Positions 1 through 12,925 of a stretch of DNA of 64,000 nucleotides are shown piece by piece. The notes beneath the pieces are model-generated. The model was not told the DNA's origin. It worked only from the letters and a program-made list of their open reading frames with translations, and searched no databases. The stretch comes from Felis catus (Eukaryota), in assembly GCF_018350175.1 (NCBI RefSeq), contig NC_058368.1, forward strand, positions 180,546,001-180,610,000, read 5' to 3'. The number at the start of each line of letters is the position of its first letter. The first letter of the stretch is position 1. A program made the translations under genes and the position numbers.

Positions 1-11
1 TCTGCTTAAGA

Positions 12-48
<37 letters not shown>

Positions 49-95
49 CCTCTCTCTTGCTCGTGTGCTCTCTTGCTCTCTAAAATTAAAAAAAG
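1..95 (+). mobile_element. Can-SINE 3' part
   Basis: (CT)n tract followed by an A tail. Confidence 0.75.
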
Positions 96-242
96 TCTAT
101 TTTGTCTGGTATAATTATATTGCTATTCCAGTTTCTTTTTGTTTCCATTTACATGGAATATCTTTTTCCAGCCCTTTACTTTCAGTCTGTGTTTGTCTTT
201 AGGTCTAAAGTTAGTCTCTTGTAGGCAAGATATAGATGGGTC

Positions 243-452
243 TTTTTTTTTTTTAATGTTTGTTTGTTTATTTTGACAGACAGAGACTGTGAGTAGGGGA
301 GGAGCAGAGAAAGAGGGAGAGAGAATCCTAAGTAGGCTCTGCACTGTCAGCACAGAGTCTGACATGGGACTCCATCCCACGAACCACAAGATCATGACCT
401 GAGTCAAAATCTAGACTTAGCCCCTCAACCAACTGAGCCACCCAGGCACCCC
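243..452 (-). mobile_element. Can-SINE (SINEC)
   Basis: Poly-T, GA-rich tract, tRNA-derived head ending gagccacccaggcacccc. Confidence 0.9.
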
Positions 453-645
453 AGGTCTTGTTTATTATCCATTCAGCTACCCTCTGTATTTTAATTGGAG
501 TATTTATTCATTTACATTTAAAGTAATTATCGATATTTACTTATTGCCATTTTGTTAATTGTTTTCTCATTGTTTTTGTATTCTCTTGGTCTCTTCCTTT
601 GAAATTTGATGGTTTTCTTTAGTGTTATGTTTGGGTTTTTTTCTC

Positions 646-868
646 TTTATTTTTTATTTTTTTTAAAATGTTTATTTATTTCTGAGACAGAGAGAGACAG
701 AGCATGAGTGGGGAGGGGCAGAGAGAGAGGGAGACACAGAATGTGAAGCAGGCTGCAGGCTCTGAGCTGTCAGCACAGAGCCTGATGCGGGGCTTGAACC
801 CACAAACCATGAGATCATGACCTGAGCCGAAGTCAGTTGCTCAACTGACTGAGCCACCCAGGCACCCC
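646..868 (-). mobile_element. Can-SINE (SINEC_Fc-like)
   Basis: Full head, GA tract and tail structure. Confidence 0.9.
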
Positions 869-1028
869 TATTTTTTTTGTATATGTATTGTAGGATTTTG
901 TTTTGTGGTCACCATGATGTTCATATATATTTACATATATATAGTATATTTACATATATGCATAGCATACTTACACATATATGTCTGTTTTAAGCTGATA
1001 ATTTTTTAAGTCTGAACACATTTTAAAG

Positions 1029-1244
1029 TTTTTTTTTTTTTCAACGTTTATTTATTTTTGGGACAGAGAGAGACAGAGTATGAACGGGGGAGGGGCAGAG
1101 AGAGAGGGAGACACAAAATCAGAAACAGGCTCCAGGCTCTGAGCCATCAGCCCAGAGCCCGACGCGGGGCTCGAACTCACAAACCGTGAGATCGTGACCT
1201 GGCTGAAGTCGGACGCTTAACCGACTGCGCCACCCAGGCGCCCC
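1029..1244 (-). mobile_element. Young felid SINEC_Fc with 20-bp TSD
   Basis: CpG-rich, near-consensus copy; TSD aagtctgaacacattttaaa at 1008-1027 and 1245-1264. Confidence 0.93.
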
Positions 1245-2967
1245 AAGTCTGAACACATTTTAAAAGCACATTTTAATGCCCTCCCCCATTTTATATTTTG
1301 ATGTCTTATTTTACATATTTTTATTTTGTGTATACACCTTAACTACTTATTATAGTTGTTAATACTACTTTTGTCTTTTAACTTTCATACTCACTCTTTA
1401 AGTGGCCAATTTACTGCTTTTACTGTATTTGCCTTTACCAGTGGGATTTTTTTCTTTCATATTTTCTTAAAATTTCTAGTATGGTATTTTCCTTTAGGCT
1501 TAAAGAAGATCCTTTAATATTTCTTATAAGGCTGGTTTAGTGGTGATGAACTTTTTAGCTTTTGCTCTGCTGGTGAACGCTTTCTCTCTCCTTCAATTCT
1601 GTAAGATAACCTTGCCAGGTAGAGCAAACCTTGTTTGCAAGTTTTTTCTTTTTAGCACTTTAAATATATCCTGTCACTCCTTCTGGCCTGCAAAATTTCT
1701 GCTGACAAACTTTCTTTTGCTGCCTTTAAGATTTTCTCTTTAACTTTTGCCATTTTAATTATAATATGTCCTGGTGTAGATCTCATTGAGTTTATCTTGT
1801 TTGGAACTTTCTGTCCTACATGGGCTTAGATGTCTGTTTTTCCCTACACAGGTTAGGGAAGTTTTCAGTCATTATTTCTTCAACTAAATTTTCTGCCCCT
1901 TTCTCTTTTCCTTCTGGGACCCCTATAATAAATATCAGTATGATCAATGTTGTTCTAGAGGTCCTTTAAACTATTCTCATTTTTTAAAATTCTTTTTTCC
2001 TTTTGCTGTTATGATCAGGTGGTTTATACTATTCTGTCTTCCAGGTTGCTGATCTGTTCTGTACCATCTAATCTGCTGTTTAGTGTATTTTTCTAGTGTA
2101 TTTTTCAGTTCAGTGACTGCATTCTCCAGCTCTGTGACTTCTGTTTGGTACTTTCTTGTATTTTGTAACTCTTTGTTGAAGTTCTCGTTGTATTCATCCT
2201 TCTTTATCCTGAGTTTAGTGAGCTCTTTATGACCATTACTTTGAACTCTTTATCAGGTGAATTACTTTTTTCTGTTTTTTCCATCTGAGGTTTTATTTTG
2301 TTCTTTTGTTTAAAATATAGTCCCTTGTCTCCTCATTTTGTTTGTGTGTTTCTTTTTATGAATTAGGTGGAACAGCCAGCTGTCCTAATCTTGAGAGTGG
2401 CCTTATGTAGAAATGTCCCCCTGTGTAAACAGTATGTGTCTGGCAGGATGGCTGGAGCTGGAGTGGATGCAGATCAGGGAATCCTGGGGTGCTCTGTGCT
2501 GGGGCTGCTCTGTTGAGACAGTTGAGCTGAAGCAGGCATGGGCTTGGGGGGTTTCAAGGGTTTTGCCTCTGGCTGTTCCCTAGTAGGATGGCATGGGCCA
2601 GAGTTCCCACAGTGTGCTGCATCAGTGTATAGGTCTTTCACCTCCTTGGTTAAATGTTTTCCTAATGATTTTATTCTTCGTGATGTAATTATAAATGGGC
2701 TTGTCTTCTTAATTTCTTTCTAATAGTTCATTATGTATAGAAACAAAACATATTTTTTGTATTGATTTTTGTATATTGTAACATTTCTGAATTTGTTTTT
2801 GCTAACAGTTTTTGATGGAGTCTTTAGGGTTTTCTGTATTTAATATTATGTCATCTGAAGATAGTGACAGTTTTACTTCTTCCTTCCCAATTTGGATGTC
2901 TTTTATTTCTTCTTCTTGCCTAACTGCTCTGGCTAGGATTTTCAATACTATGTTGAATAAGAGGTGA

Positions 2968-3549
2968 AAATACAGGTTTGAAGGGATACATGGGATCCCT
3001 GTAACATGGGATACCCCAATGTTAATAGCATTATCAACAATACCCAAACTATGGAGATAGCCCAGATGTCCATTGACTGATCAGTGAATAAAGAGGTGGT
3101 ATATACACAATGGAATATTACTCAGTCATCAAAAATTGGCATTTTCAATGACACGGATGTAGCTAGAATATATTATGCTAAGTGAAATAAATCAATCAGA
3201 GATAGAAAAATACCATATGATTTCATTAATATGTGGAATTTAAGAAACAAAACAGATGAACACATGGGAAGGTGAGGGAAGAGGAGAGAGGGAAACAAAC
3301 CACAAGAGACTCTTAATGATAGAGAACAAACTGAGAGTTGATGGAGGGAGGTGGGTGGGAGATGGGCTAAATGGGTGATGGATTTACATTAAGGAAGGCA
3401 ATTGTTGTGATGATCACTGGGGGTTTTATGTAATTGATGAATCACTGAATTCTATTCCTGACACCAATATTGCATTGTATGTTGGCTAACTAAAATTTAA
3501 ATAAAAAAAAAAAACCCAAAAAACACAAAGACACACACACACACAAAAC
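2968..3549 (+). mobile_element. 5'-truncated carnivore/felid L1 3' end inserted into the older L1
   Basis: L1 3'UTR and A-rich tail; short direct repeat agaggtga at 2960-2967 and 3550-3557; the host L1 resumes after it. Confidence 0.8.
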
Positions 3550-4134
3550 AGAGGTGAGAGTAGGCATCTTTGTCTTATTTCTGATCTTGGAGGAAAGGCT
3601 TTCAGCTTTTCATCAATGCCTTTGATGTTAATTGTGGGCTTTTCATAAATGGCCTTTATTATGTTGAAGAATGTTTCCTATGTACCTGCTTGGTTGAGAG
3701 TTTTTATCCTAAATGTTGAATTTTGTTTGTCAAAAGCTTTTCTGCATCTATTGAGATAATCATATGATTTTTACCCTTAATTTTGTTAATAAAATGGGTC
3801 ATAATGACTGATTTCCACATGTTGAAACATCTTTGTTTCCCTGGATAAAAAACCCCACTTGCTCATGGTGTATGACCCTTTATTATTGAATTTGGTTTGC
3901 TAATATTTTGTTGAGAAGTTTTACATCTATGTTCATCAGGGATGTTGCCTGTAATTTTCTTTTCTTGTGGTGTCTTTATCTGGTTTTGGTATCAAGGTAA
4001 TGCTGGCCTCATAAAATGAGTTTGGAAGAGTTTGCTCCTCTTCCATTTTTGGAAGAGTTTTAGAAGGGTAGATATTAATTCTTTGTATATCTGGTAGAAT
4101 TCACCAGTGAAGCTGGACTTTTGTTTGTTGAGAC

Positions 4135-4336
4135 TTTTTATTTTTAATCTTTTTTTAAATGTTTATTTATTTTTGGGAGAGGGGAGCAGAGAGAGAGGGA
4201 GACACAGAATCCGAAGCAGGCTCCAGGCTCTGAGCTGTCAGTACAGAGCCTGGTGTGGGGCTCGAACTCATGAAATGTGAGATCATGACTTGAGGCAAAG
4301 TTGGATGCTTAACGAACTAAGCCACCCAAGCACACC
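4135..4336 (-). mobile_element. Can-SINE
   Basis: Typical SINEC body; no clear TSD. Confidence 0.88.
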
Positions 4337-5507
4337 AAGTTTTGGTGTTTCATTTTCATTTCTTTCAAGAAACTTTCTATTTCTCTTTTGAATTCTTCTT
4401 TGATTCGTTGATTGTTCAAAAGAGTGTTATTTAATTTCCATGTATTTGTGAATTTTCCAGTTTTCTTCCTATTACTGATTTCTGGTTTTATATTATTGTG
4501 GTTGGAGAAGATGCCCTCTATGATTTCAAACTTCTTGAATTTTCTAAGACCTGTTTTGTGGCCCTACATATGGTCTATCCCCCCAAAATGTTCCATGTGC
4601 ACTTGAGAAGAATGTGTATTCAGCTGTTGTTGGATAGAAGATTCTGTATATGTCTGTTAGGTCCATTTCGTCTATAATGTTGTTCAGATCTGCTGTTTCC
4701 TTATTGCTTCTCTGTATGGATGATTATTGAAAGTGGGGTATTAAAGTCCCCAACTATTACTGTATTGCTGTTTATTTCTCCTTTTAGTTCTGTTAGTTTT
4801 TCTTTTTATATATTTAGGCACTCCACTGTTGGGTAAATAAATATTTACAACTGTTATATCTTCTTGATGGATTGACTACTTTATTACTATATAATGATCT
4901 ACTTGGCATCTTTCTACTATTTTTAGTTTTAAGTCTATTTTGTCTGATAGAAGTGTAGGGATTCCTGCAGTTTTGTTGTTGTTGTTAATACATGTTTGAA
5001 ATCTTTTTTTCATCTCTTCAGTCTCAATGTATATGTGTCTTTAAGCATAACATGAATCTCGTGTATACAGGATATTGCTGAATTTTGTTTTTAGCCATCC
5101 TGCCATTCTATGACTTTTCATTGCAGAATTTGATGTGTTGATGGGTAGGACTTGCTATTTAAAAAATTGTTTTCTAGATGTTTTGTAGATCCGTTGTTAT
5201 TTCTTATACTACTTTTTGGGGGAGTGCTTGTCTTTTGGTATAAGTATGCTTAGACTTCTTTAATATTTTCTTTTGTGTATTCACTATAGGTTTATCTCTT
5301 ATTACCCTTAGGGCTACATAAATAATCTTCAAATTATTATAATGTATTTTAAACTGCTACAAACTTAACTTTAATAGAATTCCTAAACTTTATACTTTTA
5401 CTTCTCTTTCTTGTCACATTTCAGGTTATTTATGTTATAGTTTACATATTTTTTTTTTATTATGTAACTAATAATAGACTACTGTAGTTAGGGGTTGTTT
5501 TAAAACA

Positions 5508-5692
5508 TTTAAAAAATATTTATTTTTGGGGGGGAGGGGCAGAGAGAGAGAGAAAGGAGAGAGAGAATCCCAAGTAGACTCCTCACTCAGTGTGGAGCCA
5601 GATGCAAGGGTTGAGCTCACAAACCGTGAGATCATGACCTGAGCCGAAACTGAGAGTCAGACACATAACCAACTGAGCTACCCAGGTGTACC
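5508..5692 (-). mobile_element. Can-SINE
   Basis: Typical SINEC body. Confidence 0.85.
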
Positions 5693-5827
5693 TTACTACA
5701 TTTATTTTATAACTTTTAAACTAGAGTTGTGAATTAGATGCCACCATTAACATATTACAGAATCTAACATTGACTACATATTTACAATTAAAAGGAGTTT
5801 TATGCTTTCTTATTTTTTAAACATTTA

Positions 5828-5909
5828 CTTTTAAGTACTCTCTATACCCAATGTGGGGCTCCAAGATCAAGAGTTGTATGCTTCATGGACTGAGCCAGCC
5901 AGGCACCCC
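5828..5909 (-). mobile_element. Short, older Can-SINE (tRNA-derived head)
   Basis: caagatcaagagtt...gactgagccagccaggcacccc. Confidence 0.8.
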
Positions 5910-6043
5910 TCTTTTTTTAAAATATTAATTAGTATCCTTTTGTTTGCAATTAAAGAACTCTGTTTAGCATTTCTTGTAAGGCAGGTGTAGTGGTGATTAA
6001 CTTCCTCAGCTTTTGTTGGTTTAGGAAAGTCTGTGTTCCCTTG

Positions 6044-6134
6044 AAAGTAATCTCTACATCCAATGTGGGGCTCAAACTCATGACCTCAAGATCAAGAGTT
6101 GCACATTCTACTGACTGAGCCAGCCAGGCACCCC
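6044..6134 (-). mobile_element. Short, older Can-SINE (tRNA-derived head)
   Basis: aatgtggggctcaaactcatgacctcaagatcaagagtt...ccaggcacccc. Confidence 0.8.
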
Positions 6135-6534
6135 ATGTCTTTGACTTTTGACAATTTAATTATAATGTGTCTTGGTGTTGGCCTATTCAAAGTCAACTAT
6201 TTGGGAGGTTTTGGGCCTCATGGATGTCCATTTCTTTCCCCAGGTTTGAGAAGTTTTCAGCCATTAGTACTTCAAATATAGTTTCCCTTTCTCTTTGTCT
6301 TCTTCCTCTGGAATTCCCCTAATGCAGATATTGTTTCTTTTGAATATGTCTCATAAATTCTGTAGGCTTTCCCTACTCATTTTTATCCTTTTTTCTTTTT
6401 ACTACTCTGGGTAATTTCAAATGTCCTATATTCCAGGTTATTGATTCTTCTGCATTATCAAGTCTGCCTTTGTAGCACTATACTGAACTCTTCAGTCACT
6501 ATATTTTTCAGGTCTAGGATTTTTATGTTTTCTA

Positions 6535-6748
6535 TTTTTTTTTAAGTTTATGTATTTTGAGAGAGACAGAGACAGCGTAAGTGGGGAAGGGGCAGAGAGA
6601 TGGAGAGAGAGAGGAGACAGAATCCCAAGCAAGCTCTGTGCTGCCAGCACAAAGCCCAATGTGGAGCTTGAACCCATGAAACTGCAAGATCATGACCTGA
6701 GCTGAAACCAAGAGTCGGATGCTTAACCGACTGAGTCACCCAGGTGCC
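6535..6748 (-). mobile_element. Can-SINE
   Basis: Typical SINEC body. Confidence 0.88.
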
Positions 6749-9700
6749 TAGATGTTTTCTGTTTCTTTGTTGAACTTCTTATCTTGTTCATTAGTTTATT
6801 AGTTTCCTTTGGTGGTGTCATATTTACCTGATTTATTGTGATCCTTGATTCCTTGCATTTGTATCTGCACATTTGAGTAAGTGGTCTCGCCTTTAAGACT
6901 TCATAGATTTACTTTGGTAAAGACAGTTCTTCACTAGTTAGCCCAGTTTGGGTTTCTGGATATGTCTGATGGTAATGTCCTTGGGCAAGTGGGCCTTGCT
7001 TCAGGGTTAATTTCTGGGCAAGGCAACTACCTGAGCTTTGAAGTCAAGGGTGAAAACAAGCTGCAGTGGACTTCTGGCTTGGTTCCTTGTCCAGTTGAGG
7101 CTGTAGGGTGGGCTCTGTGGTTTCCTGGTTCTCTGGTCAGGCTTATTAGACTGTTGGGCCTGGGTACTGTATTTAATCAAAAAATGGGACCGTGAATTAG
7201 CTTCTCTGCCCTGGCAGGATAGCAGAATGGGATCTAGGTCCTTCACAGCTTATTGTTTAGGAATCCAAATCAGGGAAGAGTTTGCACTGAATTCCCTGTC
7301 TACACAGAGTCACTGTTTTTGTTCTGCAGAAGAGGAAAGCCAGGGGCTCTGCATTCTTTCCAAGTGCCACTGTAAGAAGGGCAATGCAGCTTCCTATGTG
7401 ATATGGTTAGGTTCTGTGGTAGGGCAGGCTGAAGGCTGTATTCGGCAATAAGCAGGGCTATGAATTAGTTTCCTTGTCCACGTGCAGCAGCAGAACTAGT
7501 TCCAAAGCTTGTAAGACTCTGTGGTCTTGACTCAAGCCAACCCTTGCTCCAAGTTCCTTAGCTGAATAGGGTCACTGGCTTTGCTCTGTAGGCTATCAGC
7601 TTGTGTGCTTACCTCTCAGCTTGCTGAGAGGTATATAACCAGATTTCAGACATTGCCACCAGCCCCTCTGGCCAGTCAGGATGGGAAATCACATTCAGCA
7701 GTGGGTGTGGTTATGATTTAGCTCCCTTGCCTGGGTAGAGTAAAAGGGCCCACTCCAAGAACCTCCAAAATTTTCTGAATAGGCTTTCTGGTTGGTAGTG
7801 GCCAGGAGCTATATTAAGCAGTGGGTGGGGCTGTGAACTAACTCCTCCTGTGTGGGCATACCCTCCTTGTCTGGTACTGGTTGTACTTTGGGGGTGATCA
7901 GCTCTGTCTGCCTTCCTCTTAGCTTTTCACTACTGGGCCATTCAGCTGCCAGGTGGTCTCACCAGCCCTCCCAGTCAGATGGGGCTGGGAGCCACACTGA
8001 ACAGTGCATGGGGTTATGGTTCAGCTCTCCTGCCTGGGGAGGGGCTCCAGGGCCAGTGAAACTCCTCATTTGAGGACCTACATCAGGCAGATTTGCACCC
8101 TGCTGAGTTCCATGTTAAGACTGCACCAACAATTTGCTTCTGCAGATGAGCTGCTGGTTGGGAGTACTACTTGGGCTCTGTGGGTAAGAACTTGGTCTGC
8201 CAAGATTGGTGTGCTGGCTGTTGGCAAGCTTCTCCTTTTGTCTCTATCATAATCAGTTTCCTAGGGTTCAAGCCCTGCAGATTCTCCTGTAGTCCTTGTT
8301 GGGGCAAGACTGGAGTAGGAGCTTTCACAAAATAACCCACAGGCTGTGTGTGTGTGTGTGTGTGTGTGGCTAGATATCCCATCTGGTTCCCTTTCACCCC
8401 TGGAGGACCTGAAGGCTCAAGGGAGACCACTCTACATGGTGCGGCACTGGCCTTGGGGAGGGACAATGTGGTCAATATGTAGCTGTTCCTCTTAGCCTTC
8501 TAATCCAATCTGTCTTGGTCTCTGTGGTTCAGGGGAGTACTTCAGCCTCACCCCCATGTTCTAGGATTGTGTCAGTGGTGTCCTGTCCATTAATAGTTAT
8601 TTATTCTTGAGAGGGGGAGAGCGACTTACGTCATCATCTTGGTGATGTCACTCTGAGTTAGCTTTTGAAATGTATAATTTCTATAAAAATGTGCAATCCT
8701 TCTAATAATTAAGTTTACTGGAAGCTGAGCCAAGGTGTTTAGGCCTGTTGAGTAATCAAGTATCTTTAATTACTAGGGTACCATTTGTGAAGAGGAGATG
8801 CCTCGGCTGTGGGGTGTGGGATGCGGGAGGGCTGGAAAGGCATGCTCAGTACTTCCTGGGCATCTGCCTCCAGTTTAGAGTGTGCAGGAGCTTTAATGTA
8901 GCCACACTGTTCTTTTATTCTGAATTAAATTACCCATCTAACAATATTTAAATTAACCTTGAGGCTTCCTGGAGAACATAAAAGTTATTTTGAATTATTT
9001 TCACTGCCAGGATCAGCACAATTCCCTTCCCAGCCAGCTTGGTAGGTATTCAGTGACAGAGAAACCAATTTTTAAATTAATACAATTTTGTGTTTGTAAG
9101 GAAGCCATTATTTTTAATTATCGGGCATTTTCCTCAGCCTGGCTTCCCTAGTTAATAAAACTCAGCTATTTAGCATGGTTTTTATTTTTGCAGAGGGCGG
9201 ACTTTGGGAAGTAGTTTCCCCTGTGGAATCTCCCCCCAGAATGTTTTGATCTCACCAAGTATACGCCTGTCACAAGGAGGCTCGTAAAAAACCCTGAGAA
9301 AAGGAAACGCTGTCGTCAAAATGGCCCTGCTGGGCCTATAACCAGTGACTCTAACTTAGCTCGAGGGGCAATGACAGGAGCTGGTGATTTGAGAAACATG
9401 AAGGAGGAAATTAACACTGGGCTGGATCCCCTCCAGGAAATGGCACTGTTGCACGGCAGGAGAGGTTTCAGATAGACTTGCAGAGGAATACCTTGCCTGT
9501 CGTGTTTTGAGTGTGGGAAACCCCAAAAAGGTGAGGGGGGGGGGGAGAGCTTTCCCATGCCTGGAGGCATTTAAAAGCCAATTTCCTGCCTTGGAGAGTT
9601 TAGGTATTCATCTACCCAGAGGAAAAGTGAGGGCAGGATGACATCTTCATTTCCTGTCTGGGTCAGTCCTCTGGGATTTATAAAGCAGCTCTCCCTAGTT

Positions 9701-11154
9701 GCCATACAAGACTCAATGCTACATTGGGATCAGTGCTTGTGCAGACAAAACAACTTGCTATAAATTTAATATTAGCTTAAATAATGCATAATTAGAGGGG
9801 TAAGCCTCTGCAAACACATTAAATAATGTATTCCCTAAGCAAACATTATTTTTGGATGGCTTGCTGTTTTGGATGATGGTGAGGTGGAAGGGTAGACCTG
9901 AATTTGAGCTTCAGTTTTAACTCTGCAGTTTTGACACTGATTGGCTTTGTCATTGCAAAGCAGTCTTTCACCTTGAATGCCTCAGTTTCCTTATCTGTAA
10001 TGGCCTGTGAGCTGCTGGTGGGTAGGGACTTCCTTTTTCTTAGTGTCCATGTTATTTTTCAGAGTGCTTGGTACTCAGCAAACATTTGTGAATAAGAGGG
10101 TTGTATTAGACCCACCATAAGAACCATGGCAACTCTGACGATGTACGGTTCTAATATGGAAAACTGGGAAGAGAAAATGTGATCTCCAAATAACTGAAGG
10201 GCTTCATTCCAAAGAGCAATTAGAGTCATTCTGGGAGGGTCCCCAAATCTGGAATTAATAGAGGTTTCAGAGAGTGGATTTTCATGACGTTAACTTAAAA
10301 TCCCATTTATCAATTCACTAAATATTTACTGAGCACCTATTATGTGCTTGTTACTGTGACCGGCACTTAGGATAGAGCAAAACAATTATGGCTCTTGCTC
10401 TCATGGAACTTACAGGTTAGAGGAGGGTAAAGACACATGAACCAACCATGAAAATATTAGTGCTGTAAGGAGAGTAAACACTGGGAAGGAGGGAAGGATA
10501 CTTAGAACTGGGCACACAAGGACCTTTTCTTACAGGAAGTGCTGCCTCCGTGGGGGCTTGAAGGAGGAGTTAGACTTTACAGGTGAGGGCAGGAAACGAG
10601 TTGAAGAGAATAGTCCAGGTGGGGAGGTCAGCAAGTGAAAGCCTAAGAAGCGAAGGTCCCACACTGGTAGACAACTTAGTTTCAGGTGCTGTGGGAATAT
10701 TCTAGTAGAGGTGGGTGGTCTGTTGGCATGGATGTGGCAGAAAAGAGAGGCATCTGTATGTAGACTCAGCCCAGGCAGCCTGAACAGACTTGTACCTGTC
10801 ACCTTTCAACCTGAACTTTCCAGAATGCAAGTATGTTTTTTCCTCCTAGCCTCCAAGGAGGACAGTAGATAGTCCAGTCTGCAGATGAATGCTCCTTTGC
10901 ACTCACCAATGTGTCAATCTGGGGAGGACTTGTGTATTTCTAAGATCCTTACCAGGGTCACTAAGGGCCTGTCCCTGTGACCTTGCCCCTACCTAGTTTG
11001 CTCCAGTCACGCTAGCTCTCTTGCTCAGGATATAAGCAACAGTTTCTTCTGCTTCAAGGCATTTGAACATGCTGATACACTGGCATAGGTTTGCCTCCCA
11101 TCCCATGCCTGGAAAATCCCTATTCTTCAGTTCTCAGCTCAAGTGTCATTTTCT

Positions 11155-11363
11155 TTCTTTTGAAAAATATATTTATTTATTTTGAAAGAGAGCGTGAGTG
11201 GGGAGATGGGCAGAGAGAGAAGGAAGAGAGAGATAGACTCCTAACCAGGCCCCACACTGTCAGCACAGAGCCTGACGTGGGGCTCTATTCCATGAACCGC
11301 AAGATCATAACCTGAGTGAAAATCGAGAATTGGACACTTAACCGACTGAGCCACCCAGGTGCC
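11155..11363 (-). mobile_element. Can-SINE
   Basis: Typical SINEC body, flanked by similar ctcaa(g/a)tgt.attttctt sequence. Confidence 0.88.
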
Positions 11364-12499
11364 TCTCAAATGTAATTTTCTTAGTGTGGCCTAACCTAAA
11401 TCAGATATTCCCTCTTATCTGCACCCTGTATTTTTCTTTATGGCACCCATCACAGTGTCTTTATATTATTTGTTCATTTATTCGATTATTAAATGTTTCC
11501 CTTTGCTAGGGCATGAGGGTCTTTTCACTCTTCCAGCACTCCATCCAAAAATAGGAAGTCACCCAAAAGTAATACTTGGTTGGGGAATACGTTGTTTCAC
11601 GTGTTTGCAGAGGCTTGCCCTTCTAATTATATATTAAGTTGGTATTAAATTTATCACAAAGTCCTGTCTGCACAGGCACTACTCACATTGAGTCTTGTCT
11701 CTTTGGTTCACCAATATACACTGAGTGCCTAGTACAGTGCCAAAACTCAGATGTTTGGAATATAAACTATTGGTGCAGGATGAAAGCACTGTGGCAGGAA
11801 GGGGCTGGTAAAATTCAGGCTTTCATGATAACTGTGAGTGTTAACAGAGCTGCTTGAGTGGGCTCCATGCAGAATTGCGTTCACAAGCATGTGTCTGCAT
11901 GCACAGTTGCCTCCCATCTCAGTCCTATGTCACTGTCATTTGGCACAAAGGCAAAACTAACACAAGCCAGTGTGTAATTACAATGTCATATTAATCCCAT
12001 GAAAACCAAAAACAAAATTACTAACTCCCACCTCTTCTTGGGAAGAACACTAATACCACTATCATGATGGAAGATGATCTTAGAAGTGATTTTTCTTTTG
12101 TTCTGCTACCTACTCATGTAGTTGTTTCTTACTTCTACAGTCTCCCAGCAAATTGTAATCAGGAGGAAATATCCTAGAGGGTGGTTGTATGCTTCCTTTT
12201 CAGAGAGAATCATGCACTAAATCCATTTCAGGAAAAAGCTGAAGTTTTAATTCTCAGTAGAAGAGAAGGTTAGTTTCTGTTCTTCCAAAAAATCTAGAAA
12301 AAGACTTTCTGGTGGAGATGCATTAATAAACCCTCAGGGCCAGGAGTTTTATCTTACAGATTAGGCTCTGGAGGGATGTAGAATATATTTGGTGTGTGTA
12401 TGTGTGTGAGAGAGAGATATTTAACCTGCTATCTTCCTTATTTGGGTGTAGCACCCCATTTCTGTAAGGTTTCCTGTGTTTAGATGTTTTTACTGAGAT

Positions 12500-12925
12500 G
12501 TCCATCACAAGATACATGTGTCCATGTGTGACCCAATCCTGGCCAATCGTAGATCTGCATCTGTACCAGGTTAGACACCTGGGATTATTACCATTTTTTA
12601 AATATAAGTGCTGTGGGAGATCCTTTCCTCTGGGTTCAGTAAGCTAAGTTGATGTCAGTCTGAAGTCAATTTTGGCCAACTCTGCCTGAACCCTCAGTGT
12701 GGAGAGGTCATTGGTCTACCACGGGAGAAAATGAGGCCAACTGCCAAGAGAAATAATGCTGGATGAAAGGGGACCATGAGAAAGAGAGAAAAAGAGATAT
12801 CAGCCTGATGACATCATTTGGGCCTTTGGGGACCCATTAGGCAAGACAATGAATGCCCCTTTTTTATTATGCTAGTTTGAGTGTACTTCCTGTCTTTTGC
12901 AGTGGAAAGATTCCTGACAGATATA
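12500..12925 (+). mobile_element. Ancient MaLR LTR (MLT1-like) remnant
   Basis: 3' end ctgtcttttgcagtggaaagattcctgacagatata resembles an MLT1 terminus. Boundaries approximate. Confidence 0.5.

Larger units (their letters stand above)
96..2600 (-). mobile_element. Old degenerate LINE-1 (5' region, ORF1 and ORF2 endonuclease start), interrupted by SINEs; probably continues past the left edge
   Basis: Minus ORF 123..407 contains the L1 endonuclease-like peptide DPSISCLQETNF...LKVKGWKKIFH. T-rich antisense L1 texture. Boundaries approximate. Confidence 0.75.
2620..8653 (-). mobile_element. Old LINE-1 retaining its 5' end (5'UTR, ORF1, ORF2 up to the RT region), heavily nested
   Basis: RT-like peptide [34 protein letters not shown] near 2820-2960; endonuclease region around 4400-5100; GC-richer 5'UTR around 6900-8650, starting on the minus strand with GAGTGACATCACCAAGATGA, resembling L1M-type 5' ends. 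Confidence 0.75.

Noticed and set aside
672..857. Recurrent MAQSV...AQVMIS ORFs (also at 34436, 45698 and 6548)
   Set aside because: Chance reading frames of Can-SINE consensus sequence.
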